Assembly (NCBI GenBank): GCA_902777015.1
Contig: CACYSA010000003.1
Location: 13,471 to 77,470, forward strand
Reading direction: 5' to 3'
Length of the DNA stretch: 64,000 bases
From: an uncultured Erysipelotrichaceae bacterium
Lineage (GTDB): Bacteria > Bacillota_I > Bacilli_A > RFN20 > CAG-826
In this document: in pieces, positions 42,546 to 50,086 of the stretch
How the letters are laid out: each line of letters opens with the position of its first letter
How positions within the stretch are numbered: position 1 is the first letter of the stretch
Notes under the pieces: generated by a model
Told to the model about the DNA's origin: nothing
Seen by the model: only the letters and a program-made list of their open reading frames with translations
Databases searched by the model: none
Program-made: the position numbers and the translations under genes

Positions 42546-42968
42546 ATGGAAAAAATATCTCGTAATCAAGAAAATTTCATTATCATGACCGTCATTTATG
42601 ACGAGATTGCTGATCAAACCAGTAGTCGCACTAATAACTTTCGTGATGTCAATGAAATCATTACTGGTATGACCGATGAAGGTCTTACTTTCGAACAACA
42701 TAGTCCATTTGTTCAAAACATGATTTCTTTAACTCTTAATAACTATGGTGCAATCGTTAGTGCTTTTGAGCCACATTTAAGAAATTGGAAATGGGATAGA
42801 TTACCATTACTCACAAGAGCGGTTTTATTAATGAGCTATGCGCATTTCTACTATGTAGAAAAGATTGATAAACGCATCGTTATTAATACCGCAGTGGAAC
42901 TCGCTAAAAAATACATCGAAGATAAACAGGCCAAATTTATTAATGCAATTTTAGATGAGGTCTTATAA
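42546..42968 (+). CDS. nusB: transcription antitermination factor NusB
   Basis: 140 aa. W..DRL motif (WKWDRLPLLTRAVLLMSYAH) and C-terminal FINAILDEV. ATG 42546 is preferred over the overlapping track start at 42492. Confidence 0.85.
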   Translation: MEKISRNQENFIIMTVIYDEIADQTSSRTNNFRDVNEIITGMTDEGLTFEQHSPFVQNMISLTLNNYGAIVSAFEPHLRNWKWDRLPLLTRAVLLMSYAHFYYVEKIDKRIVINTAVELAKKYIEDKQAKFINAILDEVL

Positions 42969-44107
42969 TGAACCAAGATCGTCCAGTCTTTACCGTTAGT
43001 GTTATTAATCAATACATCAAAGCGGTCTTAAGCAATGATGAGAATTTAAAATTCATCTACGTTAAAGGTGAGATATCTAATTTTAAAATGGCTAGTAATG
43101 GTCATTTTTATTTTTCTTTGAAAGATGATAAATCATTAATTGGAGCGATGATGTTCGCTAATTATGCTTCAAAAGCCACTTTTAAGCCAGAAAACGGTCA
43201 AGAAGTCGTGGTCTTTGGTTCAATTGATGCATATGTTGGAAGAGGCACCTATCAAATCATCGTCTATCAAATGGAAGAAGTAGGTGCGGGTCAACAGCTA
43301 TTAGAGCTTGAAAAACTTAAAAAGAAACTCCTAGAAGAGGGTTTATTCGACGAATCTAGGAAAAGAAAGATAAATCTTTATCCTCATGCGATTGGTGTTA
43401 TTACCGCGCCTAATAGCGCCGCTATCAAGGATATTCTATTCAACATCAAAAGAAGATATCCAATTGCCGATATCTATGTCTTTTATAGCGCGGTTCAAGG
43501 CGAAAATGCCCCTAAAGAGTTATTAAAAGCATTTGAAATCGCTCAAACTTATCCATTAGACACCTTACTTATTGGTCGAGGTGGTGGCGCTAGTGAGGAT
43601 TTAAGCGCTTTTAACGATGAAAAACTAGTCAGAGCGATTGCTAATAGTAAAATGCCAGTTATCGCTTGTATCGGTCACGAAATCGATTCCACTTTAGTGG
43701 ACTTTGTCGCTGATAAAAGAGCGAGTACTCCAACAGGAGCGGCAGAACTAGCCACAATCGATCGAAGAGAAATCGAAGAAAAGCTTTCATATTCCTTACA
43801 AGATATGGAAGAAAGCCTTAAGAATAGAATCCAAGGAATGAAAGATGACTTATCTTCTTATAAAGAAGATTTAGATTTAGAGATTAGACAATTAGTGGCC
43901 CATTATAAGGAACTATTAGAGCATAAGAAAGCCACATTAGAGGCCCTTAATCCAGATAATGTCATTAATAGGGGATTCTCATTAACTATTGATGAATCAG
44001 GTAAACCAATCACTGATATCAAAGATATCAAAAAAGGACAAAAGATTAAAACTATCGTTAAAGATGGTGTGATAAGTAGTGAAGTCATTGAAACGGAGAA
44101 CAAATAA
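42968..44107 (+). CDS. xseA: exodeoxyribonuclease VII large subunit
   Basis: OB N-terminus (FTVSVINQYIK..VKGEISNFK), catalytic core (GVITAPNSAAIKD, IGRGGGASEDL), and adjacency to xseB. Confidence 0.9.
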   Translation: MNQDRPVFTVSVINQYIKAVLSNDENLKFIYVKGEISNFKMASNGHFYFSLKDDKSLIGAMMFANYASKATFKPENGQEVVVFGSIDAYVGRGTYQIIVYQMEEVGAGQQLLELEKLKKKLLEEGLFDESRKRKINLYPHAIGVITAPNSAAIKDILFNIKRRYPIADIYVFYSAVQGENAPKELLKAFEIAQTYPLDTLLIGRGGGASEDLSAFNDEKLVRAIANSKMPVIACIGHEIDSTLVDFVADKRASTPTGAAELATIDRREIEEKLSYSLQDMEESLKNRIQGMKDDLSSYKEDLDLEIRQLVAHYKELLEHKKATLEALNPDNVINRGFSLTIDESGKPITDIKDIKKGQKIKTIVKDGVISSEVIETENK

Positions 44108-44108
44108 T

Positions 44109-44303
44109 ATGGAAGAGAAACAATTAGACTTTGAAAAAGAGATGAAAAGATTAGATGAAATAGTCTCTAATATCTCAAGTGAAAAACTCCCATTAGATGA
44201 ATGCTTAAAGCTTTATAAAGAGGGTCAAGAAATCATCAAAAGATTAGAAAAAGCCCTTAAGGAAGCGGAAGAAAAAGTGGAAAAAGTCATCGAAACTAAA
44301 TAA
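44109..44303 (+). CDS. xseB: exodeoxyribonuclease VII small subunit
   Basis: 64 aa. FEKEMKRLDEIV..LPLDECLKLYKEG, typical of XseB. ATG 44109 is preferred. Confidence 0.85.
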   Translation: MEEKQLDFEKEMKRLDEIVSNISSEKLPLDECLKLYKEGQEIIKRLEKALKEAEEKVEKVIETK

Positions 44304-44499
44304 TTTATACTAGTCTTTTATTAGTGATTATTTAGTAGTTATAATACTTTGTATTAGAAATAATGTCCTGTTTAAGCAGGATTTTATTTTATAACAAAAA
44401 ATGCGTAGAATTAAGTTAAATCGTTTTATTTAAATAAAAAGAACTATAATAAAATTAATATATGCCAAATTCATTTATTCTCAATTGGAGATTATGGTC

Positions 44500-45660
44500 A
44501 TGATAAAAAGAGCAAACAAAAGATTAATTTCTATTCTTTCTCCAACCGCTATTATTATGGCAATTGTGAATCTTGCTCTAATTGTTTTTATAGTATGCAT
44601 GATCATTGGTTTCAATTATCAATATCAGATACACAGGCCTTCATATCTGCATCAAATTAATAACCAGTTCAAAGCCAAAGATGGGACTGTATATTTTTCA
44701 CAATCCACTAGCACCCTTCGCTATTATTCATCGGAATCTAAGTTAGGATATTCAGATGTTTCTTTTTTTCATGCTAACAAAAGACTGAATTGGCTTGGGC
44801 ACAAAAGCTTATGTATCGGTGATTCATATTTTGCTTTTTGTGGTTCCTTGCGTACAAATGACAGTGATGAATTTCCTTATCTTCAAATATACGATTACGA
44901 ATTCAATCTAATAAAAGAAATTGAAAATGAAAATTTTTATGATGCCGCCTTTTTCGGAAATAGATTGTATTACATTTCGAAAGAAGGCCTAATGAAATAC
45001 GATATCGACAGTGATGAATTATATTTGGTTTCTTCAGAAGTTTTAAGTAATTTTTCCTATTACGATGATGATTTTATTGTTCATATTGGCAATCAATTGA
45101 CTATTTTGGATAAAACACTACGTGGAAAAATACTTTTATCAATACTCTTCGATAATTCTGTCAAGCACCTTTGTTCTAGTGCTATTGATTTGTATTTTGA
45201 ACACGATTCTATTTATATAAACGGAGTTCAGTATCAATTAAATGGATTAAACGTTTTTATTAATAAGTTATACGATAACGCTTACATTATTGATGATTAT
45301 TTGATTTTCGCTGGTTTTAAATACTTATCAAATAAAAATTGTGGCGCTTTAAACGACAATTCACATATCTGCATTTGTAGATTAGAAAAATCATATCTGT
45401 TTTCATATGATTTATTAAATAAGAATTTTATTGCTATAAAAGAATATGATTCAGGAACCTTTTTAATTGATTATGATTTTAAAGGAGCAAAGTATTATCG
45501 TAACGGCGAGCTCTATATTGATGATGTTTTATATAAAAAGTGTCCTGAAATAGTCCCTGGAGAATTAGAAAAAGTCAAAGGTAAAAACTATTTTTCCAAT
45601 GGAGATGAAAAAGCCAATTACTATCTTTCATACCTTGATGGGCATTTCTATGGAATATAA
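44500..45660 (+). CDS. orphan N-terminally anchored protein, Y/D/N-rich (beta-propeller-like?)
   Basis: One TM helix (AIIMAIVNLALIVFIVCMIIGF) followed by about 340 aa rich in Tyr, Asp and Asn. GGAG lies 9 nt upstream of ATG 44500. AT-rich intergenic DNA flanks the gene. Confidence 0.5.
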   Translation: MIKRANKRLISILSPTAIIMAIVNLALIVFIVCMIIGFNYQYQIHRPSYLHQINNQFKAKDGTVYFSQSTSTLRYYSSESKLGYSDVSFFHANKRLNWLGHKSLCIGDSYFAFCGSLRTNDSDEFPYLQIYDYEFNLIKEIENENFYDAAFFGNRLYYISKEGLMKYDIDSDELYLVSSEVLSNFSYYDDDFIVHIGNQLTILDKTLRGKILLSILFDNSVKHLCSSAIDLYFEHDSIYINGVQYQLNGLNVFINKLYDNAYIIDDYLIFAGFKYLSNKNCGALNDNSHICICRLEKSYLFSYDLLNKNFIAIKEYDSGTFLIDYDFKGAKYYRNGELYIDDVLYKKCPEIVPGELEKVKGKNYFSNGDEKANYYLSYLDGHFYGI

Positions 45661-45725
45661 TCGTTTAAAAAACTACTTTTTAAAACTATTTAGTTAACAT
45701 AATCATTCGCGCGTATAATAAAGGT

Positions 45726-46913
45726 ATGAGCAAAGTAATTGTGCATATTGATCTCAATGCCTTTTTCGCTAGATGTGAGGAAATCAAAGACCCATCTTTA
45801 GAAAATAAACCAGTGGCCATTGGTCATGATGGTAGAGGGGGCATTGTTTCTACTTGCTCATACGCTGCAAGGAAATATGGTGTCAGTAGTGCCATGCCAA
45901 TGTTTAAGGCAAAACAGCTTTGCCCAAAGCTAATTATCATTCCTGGCGATTATCATTTCTATTCTTCGATGAGTCATAAGTTCTTTAACTTTATTAGAAG
46001 ATATACAAAACTCGTCGAACCAGCATCTGTGGATGAATGCTTTGCGGACTTCACTGAAGTCATTAAAAAAGAAAAAGACGCTGTTTCTTTCTTCAGAAAG
46101 TTACAAGATGATTTATTTAAAGAAACAGGTTTAAAGTGCTCCATTGGTGTGTCCACAACTAGATTCCTTGCCAAGATGGCGAGCGATTATCAAAAACCAA
46201 TGGGTTTAACTATTATTCATAAAAGAGATATCGATAAAATCTTATTCCCTTTAAAAGTGGAATCAATGTTCGGCGTGGGCAAAAAGACCGCGCCTAGACT
46301 TAAAAGTATCGGTATTAAAACTATTGGAGACCTTTATAACAAATTAGAAAAAGAAGACGACGATATTAAAAACATTCTTGGTAAGTCTTACTACACTCTA
46401 AAAGAGTGGTTAGAAGGTAAAGGCTCTGATGAGATTGAATTAGAGAAATGGGATCCTAAATCAATTGGTAATTCAGAGACACTTCCTTATGATACAGATA
46501 ACGCTACTGAGATTAAAAAGCATTTTATGTCATTAGCCAAAGAAGTCTCAGAAAGAGCGAAAAGAGAAGACAAACTTGGTCATACAATTCAAATCGTGGT
46601 CAAAGACCATACTTTTAAATCATTTAATAAATCGATTACTTTTTCTAATCCCACAAATGAATGGCAAGTCATTTATGACCACGCCTGTAATCTCTATGAT
46701 AAATATTTCACAAAGATTGTCCTTAGACTAGTCGGAATTACTTTACAAAATCTCATCGATTATCAAGATATTGCGGTGCAAATGAGTCTATTCGACTACA
46801 CAAAGCACGAAGAAGAAAGCAAAACTAAATTACTCATCAATGAGTTAAATCGTTCCTTAAAGAAGCCATTATTAAAAAGAGCAAGTGAGGTGAAGAAGAA
46901 TGGAAATCGTTGA
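45726..46913 (+). CDS. dinB: DNA polymerase IV (Y-family)
   Basis: IVHIDLNAFFA, SVDECFADFT, and little-finger and HhH regions. 395 aa. Confidence 0.9.
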   Translation: MSKVIVHIDLNAFFARCEEIKDPSLENKPVAIGHDGRGGIVSTCSYAARKYGVSSAMPMFKAKQLCPKLIIIPGDYHFYSSMSHKFFNFIRRYTKLVEPASVDECFADFTEVIKKEKDAVSFFRKLQDDLFKETGLKCSIGVSTTRFLAKMASDYQKPMGLTIIHKRDIDKILFPLKVESMFGVGKKTAPRLKSIGIKTIGDLYNKLEKEDDDIKNILGKSYYTLKEWLEGKGSDEIELEKWDPKSIGNSETLPYDTDNATEIKKHFMSLAKEVSERAKREDKLGHTIQIVVKDHTFKSFNKSITFSNPTNEWQVIYDHACNLYDKYFTKIVLRLVGITLQNLIDYQDIAVQMSLFDYTKHEEESKTKLLINELNRSLKKPLLKRASEVKKNGNR

Positions 46914-47775
46914 CGCTATTGACATGTTTCATCAATACATTCTCGTAGAGAAAGGTCTTTCTCCTCAAACTTGGATATCTTATTTAGAAGACTTACAAGC
47001 TTTCTTTGATTATTTTAGTGATAAGAAAGACACTGATGATTTATTAGAAACAGACTTATATGAATTCTTAAAATATGAATTATCTTTAGGTAAATCTGTT
47101 TCCACAGCGTTAAGAAGACTATCTTCCACACGTGGTTTTTATCTCTTTTTGAAGAAAGATGGTTATTACACAGGCAATATTCCTGATATTGAAACACCTA
47201 AAAAGCCTAAACATTTGCCAAACTGTTTAAGCGAAGAAGAAATTGATCGTTTATTAGAAGTACCAGATTTAGAATCACCTTCTGGTATTAGAGATCGAGC
47301 AATGCTTGAAACAATGTATGCTTCAGGATTAAGAGTGAGTGAACTTCTTAATCTTAAATGTAGACAAATAAACTTAAATAAGTGTATCATTACTGTCTTT
47401 GGCAAAGGCGCTAAAGAGAGGAAAGTTCCCATCGCTGAATACGCCGTTGAATATATTAATAAATATATAAAAGAGGTCAGAAACAAAAGCGAACATAAGA
47501 AAAGCGAATATCTATTCTTGAATAGAAGTGGGGAACCAATTAGTCGTGTATATTTCTTTAAACAAGTGAGAAAGTACGCTGAACTAGCAGGTATTGATAT
47601 GGTCATTTCCCCTCATACCTTAAGACATAGCTTTGCGACACATTTATTAAATCGAGGTGCGCAGTTAAGAATGGTGCAGGGTATGCTCGGGCACACAAAT
47701 ATTGCCACCACGCAAATATATACGCATGTTTCTAGCGAGAAACTTAAATCAGATTATGATAAAATTATGAAGTGA
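46900..47775 (+). CDS. xerD: tyrosine site-specific recombinase XerD-like
   Basis: Core-binding N-domain, plus catalytic R (ASGLRVSEL), HTLRHSFATHLL and GHTNIATTQIYTHV. Confidence 0.85.
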   Translation: MEIVDAIDMFHQYILVEKGLSPQTWISYLEDLQAFFDYFSDKKDTDDLLETDLYEFLKYELSLGKSVSTALRRLSSTRGFYLFLKKDGYYTGNIPDIETPKKPKHLPNCLSEEEIDRLLEVPDLESPSGIRDRAMLETMYASGLRVSELLNLKCRQINLNKCIITVFGKGAKERKVPIAEYAVEYINKYIKEVRNKSEHKKSEYLFLNRSGEPISRVYFFKQVRKYAELAGIDMVISPHTLRHSFATHLLNRGAQLRMVQGMLGHTNIATTQIYTHVSSEKLKSDYDKIMK

Positions 47776-47785
47776 GGTCAAAAAA

Positions 47786-48988
47786 ATGAGTAATTACAAG
47801 TACAAAAGAATATTTGTTATCGTTGCCGATTCTATGGGCAGTGGTTATATGAAAGACGCTGATAGATTTGGCGATAAAGGTTCAAACACTTTATTACATA
47901 TCGGTGAAAAGATGCCAAATGGATTAAATGTCCCAACCCTTAATAAATTAGGACTAGGGGATTTAGATCCAATCAAAGGCACATCTAAAGTTAACCATCC
48001 TCAATCATATATTTGTAAAGCTAACGAAGTTAGTAATGGTAAAGATACCATGACTGGTCACTGGGAAATCATGGGTATTAACACTCAAGTTCCTTTTAAA
48101 ACATTTACTGATACTGGCTTTCCAAAAGAATTAATTGATGAATTAGAAGCTAAAACCGGTCATAAAGTTATCGGTAATAAAGCCGCGAGTGGCACAGAAA
48201 TACTCGTAGAGCTCGGAGAAGAACAATGCAGGGATAATTCCTTAATCGTCTATACTTCAAGCGATAGCGTCCTTCAAATCGCCGCTCATGAAGAAGTGAC
48301 AGGCCTTGAAGAATTATATCGATGCTGCGAAATCGCTAGAGAAATTTGTATGAAACCAGAATGGATGGTGGGAAGAGTCATCGCTAGACCATATGTCGGT
48401 ACAGATAAAACAAACTTTAAGCGTGTTACAGGTCATAGACATGACTTAGCCTTAAAACCAAGCGCTCCAACAGTGATGAACATCTTACAAGATAATGGCT
48501 TGATGACAAGTTGTGTTGGTAAGATTGGTGATATCTTTGATATGTATGGCGTAGTAAAGACACAAAAGACTGTCTCAAATGAAGATGGCATGGATAAAAC
48601 CATTGAAGAAGCTAAATCTCATGATTTCGCAGGTTTATGCTTTGTCAACTTAGTAGAATTCGATAGTGAATATGGTCATAGAAGAAATCCAATCGGCTAT
48701 GGTGAATGCATTGAACGCTTCGATAAGCGTGTTAATGAACTCATTCCATACCTTAAAGATGATGATTTATTAATCATTACCGCGGATCATGGTAATGACC
48801 CAACTTGGACTGGAACAGACCACACAAGAGAAAAAATACCTCTAATTATTTATAACAAAAAACTTGATGGTGGAACTTATTTAAACGAAAGAACAAGTTT
48901 CGGCGATATTGGAGCGACAATTTTACACAATTTCAATATCAAAAAGCCTGATTACATCTTAGGAACTCCAATTAAAGAATTGTTTTAA
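47786..48988 (+). CDS. deoB: phosphopentomutase
   Basis: VADSMGSG metal site, TGHWEIMG, FVNLVEFDSEYGHRRN, TADHGNDPT. Confidence 0.9.
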   Translation: MSNYKYKRIFVIVADSMGSGYMKDADRFGDKGSNTLLHIGEKMPNGLNVPTLNKLGLGDLDPIKGTSKVNHPQSYICKANEVSNGKDTMTGHWEIMGINTQVPFKTFTDTGFPKELIDELEAKTGHKVIGNKAASGTEILVELGEEQCRDNSLIVYTSSDSVLQIAAHEEVTGLEELYRCCEIAREICMKPEWMVGRVIARPYVGTDKTNFKRVTGHRHDLALKPSAPTVMNILQDNGLMTSCVGKIGDIFDMYGVVKTQKTVSNEDGMDKTIEEAKSHDFAGLCFVNLVEFDSEYGHRRNPIGYGECIERFDKRVNELIPYLKDDDLLIITADHGNDPTWTGTDHTREKIPLIIYNKKLDGGTYLNERTSFGDIGATILHNFNIKKPDYILGTPIKELF

Positions 48989-49093
48989 AAAACAATAATA
49001 TTCAAAAAAGCCATGTGCATTTAAGGTGCATATGACTTTAGATTGCCTCCAAACGGTACTAGAGTTTTTAACCGTTCGCAAAGGAGGTAGAAT

Positions 49094-49705
49094 ATGAAAT
49101 TCAACCAAGAACAAAATTATATTGTTACTAAGGTAGCAATAACATGTAATGCTGATTTAATCTTAGGCAAAGAAGATACCGAAAAGATTAAAGAAGCATT
49201 ATCCGTGGATGATGTAGACAAAAGGCTATATTTTTTCCACAAGTATTTCGACGTACGTTGTGACGTCAGAGCAGGCGATGTCTATTTGACACAATTCCAA
49301 AATAGCATCGGTACTGAATTAAGCGGTGATCATTTTACTGTTGCGATAATCAATTCAACAAAGAAAAACCGCAACGTTATGATCATTCCGCTTACGTCCG
49401 CAAAAGAAGGCAAGCATAAGAATCCAAGGAACAGTGTCTTTCTCGGAACGATTCCTGGTATTAACAATGGCAAAGAATCAATTGCGTTAATTAACCAAGT
49501 TCAAAGCGTTGACAAAAAGCGTTTCCTTAAACTTGATGAGATGTATGAGATATTGCGCTTAGCAACAGAGAATTCATACGAAAGAAACAGCTTAATCTGT
49601 GAAATCAACAAAGTTCATTATAGGTTAACACGCAAACAATACAATGAGCTTTGCAAATGTTGTCAGGAATACATGCAGCACAACGGACTATACTCGGAAA
49701 AATAA
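49094..49705 (+). CDS. MazF/PemK-like toxin-fold protein with N- and C-terminal extensions (203 aa)
   Basis: The core VRAGDVYLTQFQNSIGTELSGDHFTVAIINS...NVMIIPLTSAKEG...SIALINQVQSVDKKRF matches the PemK/MazF pattern (GD.....F....G.E..G.RP..I.S...., .P.TS, .Q.R..D..R). Strong RBS AAGGAGG lies 6 nt upstream. No partner ORF. Confidence 0.6.
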   Translation: MKFNQEQNYIVTKVAITCNADLILGKEDTEKIKEALSVDDVDKRLYFFHKYFDVRCDVRAGDVYLTQFQNSIGTELSGDHFTVAIINSTKKNRNVMIIPLTSAKEGKHKNPRNSVFLGTIPGINNGKESIALINQVQSVDKKRFLKLDEMYEILRLATENSYERNSLICEINKVHYRLTRKQYNELCKCCQEYMQHNGLYSEK

Positions 49706-49754
49706 AAATTAGTAGATTTCTAGTACATTAGAAATCCACACATTTTCCGAGTAG

Positions 49755-49812
49755 AAAGACTGATGAAATTAGTGAATAATCAAAAACACTAACAAATCAG
49801 TCTTTTATTTTA
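49755..49812 (+). terminator. long hairpin plus T-tract, probable terminator of the MazF-like ORF
   Basis: AAAGACTGAT (49755-49764) pairs with ATCAGTCTTT (49796-49805), with an inner TAGTG/CACTA stem, followed by TTATTTTA. Confidence 0.5.
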
Positions 49813-49843
49813 CTTTAGTAATATCTTAATTTTTAATATTTAA

Positions 49844-49871
49844 AGTTAACATAATGACAATTATGCGAAGT
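49844..49871 (-). other. dif: dif-like XerC/XerD chromosome-dimer resolution site
   Basis: Minus-strand read: ACTTCGCATAA TTGTCA TTATGTTAACT. From memory, B. subtilis dif is ACTTCCTAGAA TATATA TTATGTAAACT and E. coli dif is GGTGCGCATAA TGTATA TTATGTTAAAT. The site lies at the gene-orientation switch. Confidence 0.7.
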
Positions 49872-50031
49872 TTGTGTATTTGTGAAATTTGGTGTGGATT
49901 GTGTGGAAAAGTCCACTTATACACATCTGACTCCACTCTGGTCTGATCATCCCTAAAACCTCTAAAATTTTAATTGCCTATTTTTTGGCTTTTCTATTAA
50001 AATCATAATAAATGTGTGTTAATGACTGCAA

Positions 50032-50059
50032 TAAAAAATGGTCAGTCATTACTGGCCAT
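50032..50059 (-). terminator. Rho-independent terminator of the yqeG..nadD operon
   Basis: Minus strand: ATGGCCAGT-AATG-ACTGACCAT followed by TTTTTT, 28 nt downstream of the nadD/yqeK stop. Confidence 0.65.
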
Positions 50060-50086
50060 AATTCATTAAATTTTGCGTGTCTAATT

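Noticed and set aside
45661-45725. LexA (Cheo-box, GAAC-N4-GTTC) operators upstream of dinB, ruvA, xseA and parE.
   Set aside because: No GAAC-N4-GTTC-type motif was seen in any of these upstream regions. The GAACAAGA..TCTTGTTC at 25926-25948 is a terminator stem with the wrong spacing.
48989-49093. Search for tandem 30-40-nt direct repeats (a type III ToxI-like antitoxin RNA array) upstream of the MazF-like ORF.
   Set aside because: The 105-nt spacer holds only two unrelated hairpins (49012-49034 and 49052-49076) and the RBS. No tandem repeats are present.
49094-49705. An impression that the MazF-like ORF is GC-richer than its surroundings, suggesting a horizontal-transfer island.
   Set aside because: Hand counts of 60-nt samples ranged from about 27% to about 47% within the ORF, against about 38% in a lon sample. 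That is too noisy to support a compositional claim without a proper windowed calculation.
49854-49950. Two mutually antisense mini-ORFs in the terminus spacer. On the plus strand, 49854-49946 encodes a 30-aa Cys-rich peptide (MTIMRSLCICEIWCGLCGKVHLYTSDSTLV). On the minus strand, 49861-49950 encodes a 29-aa His-rich peptide. Both were considered as possible antitoxins for the MazF-like gene.
   Set aside because: Both overlap the dif-like 28-mer, which explains the local sequence. The plus-strand ORF has no RBS, and the minus-strand one has only a marginal GAGG. There is no conservation evidence. Kept only as a testable possibility under the non-coding-region finding.
49998-50025. A second dif-like sequence (AAAATCATAA TAAATG TGTGTTAATGA). 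Paired with the real dif, it could mark the ends of a dif-integrated element (IMEX).
   Set aside because: Only about half of the arm positions match and the XerD-arm TTATG core is disrupted. The MazF-like gene lies on the other side of dif, so this pair would not bracket it. No comparable site was found in 48989-49093 either.
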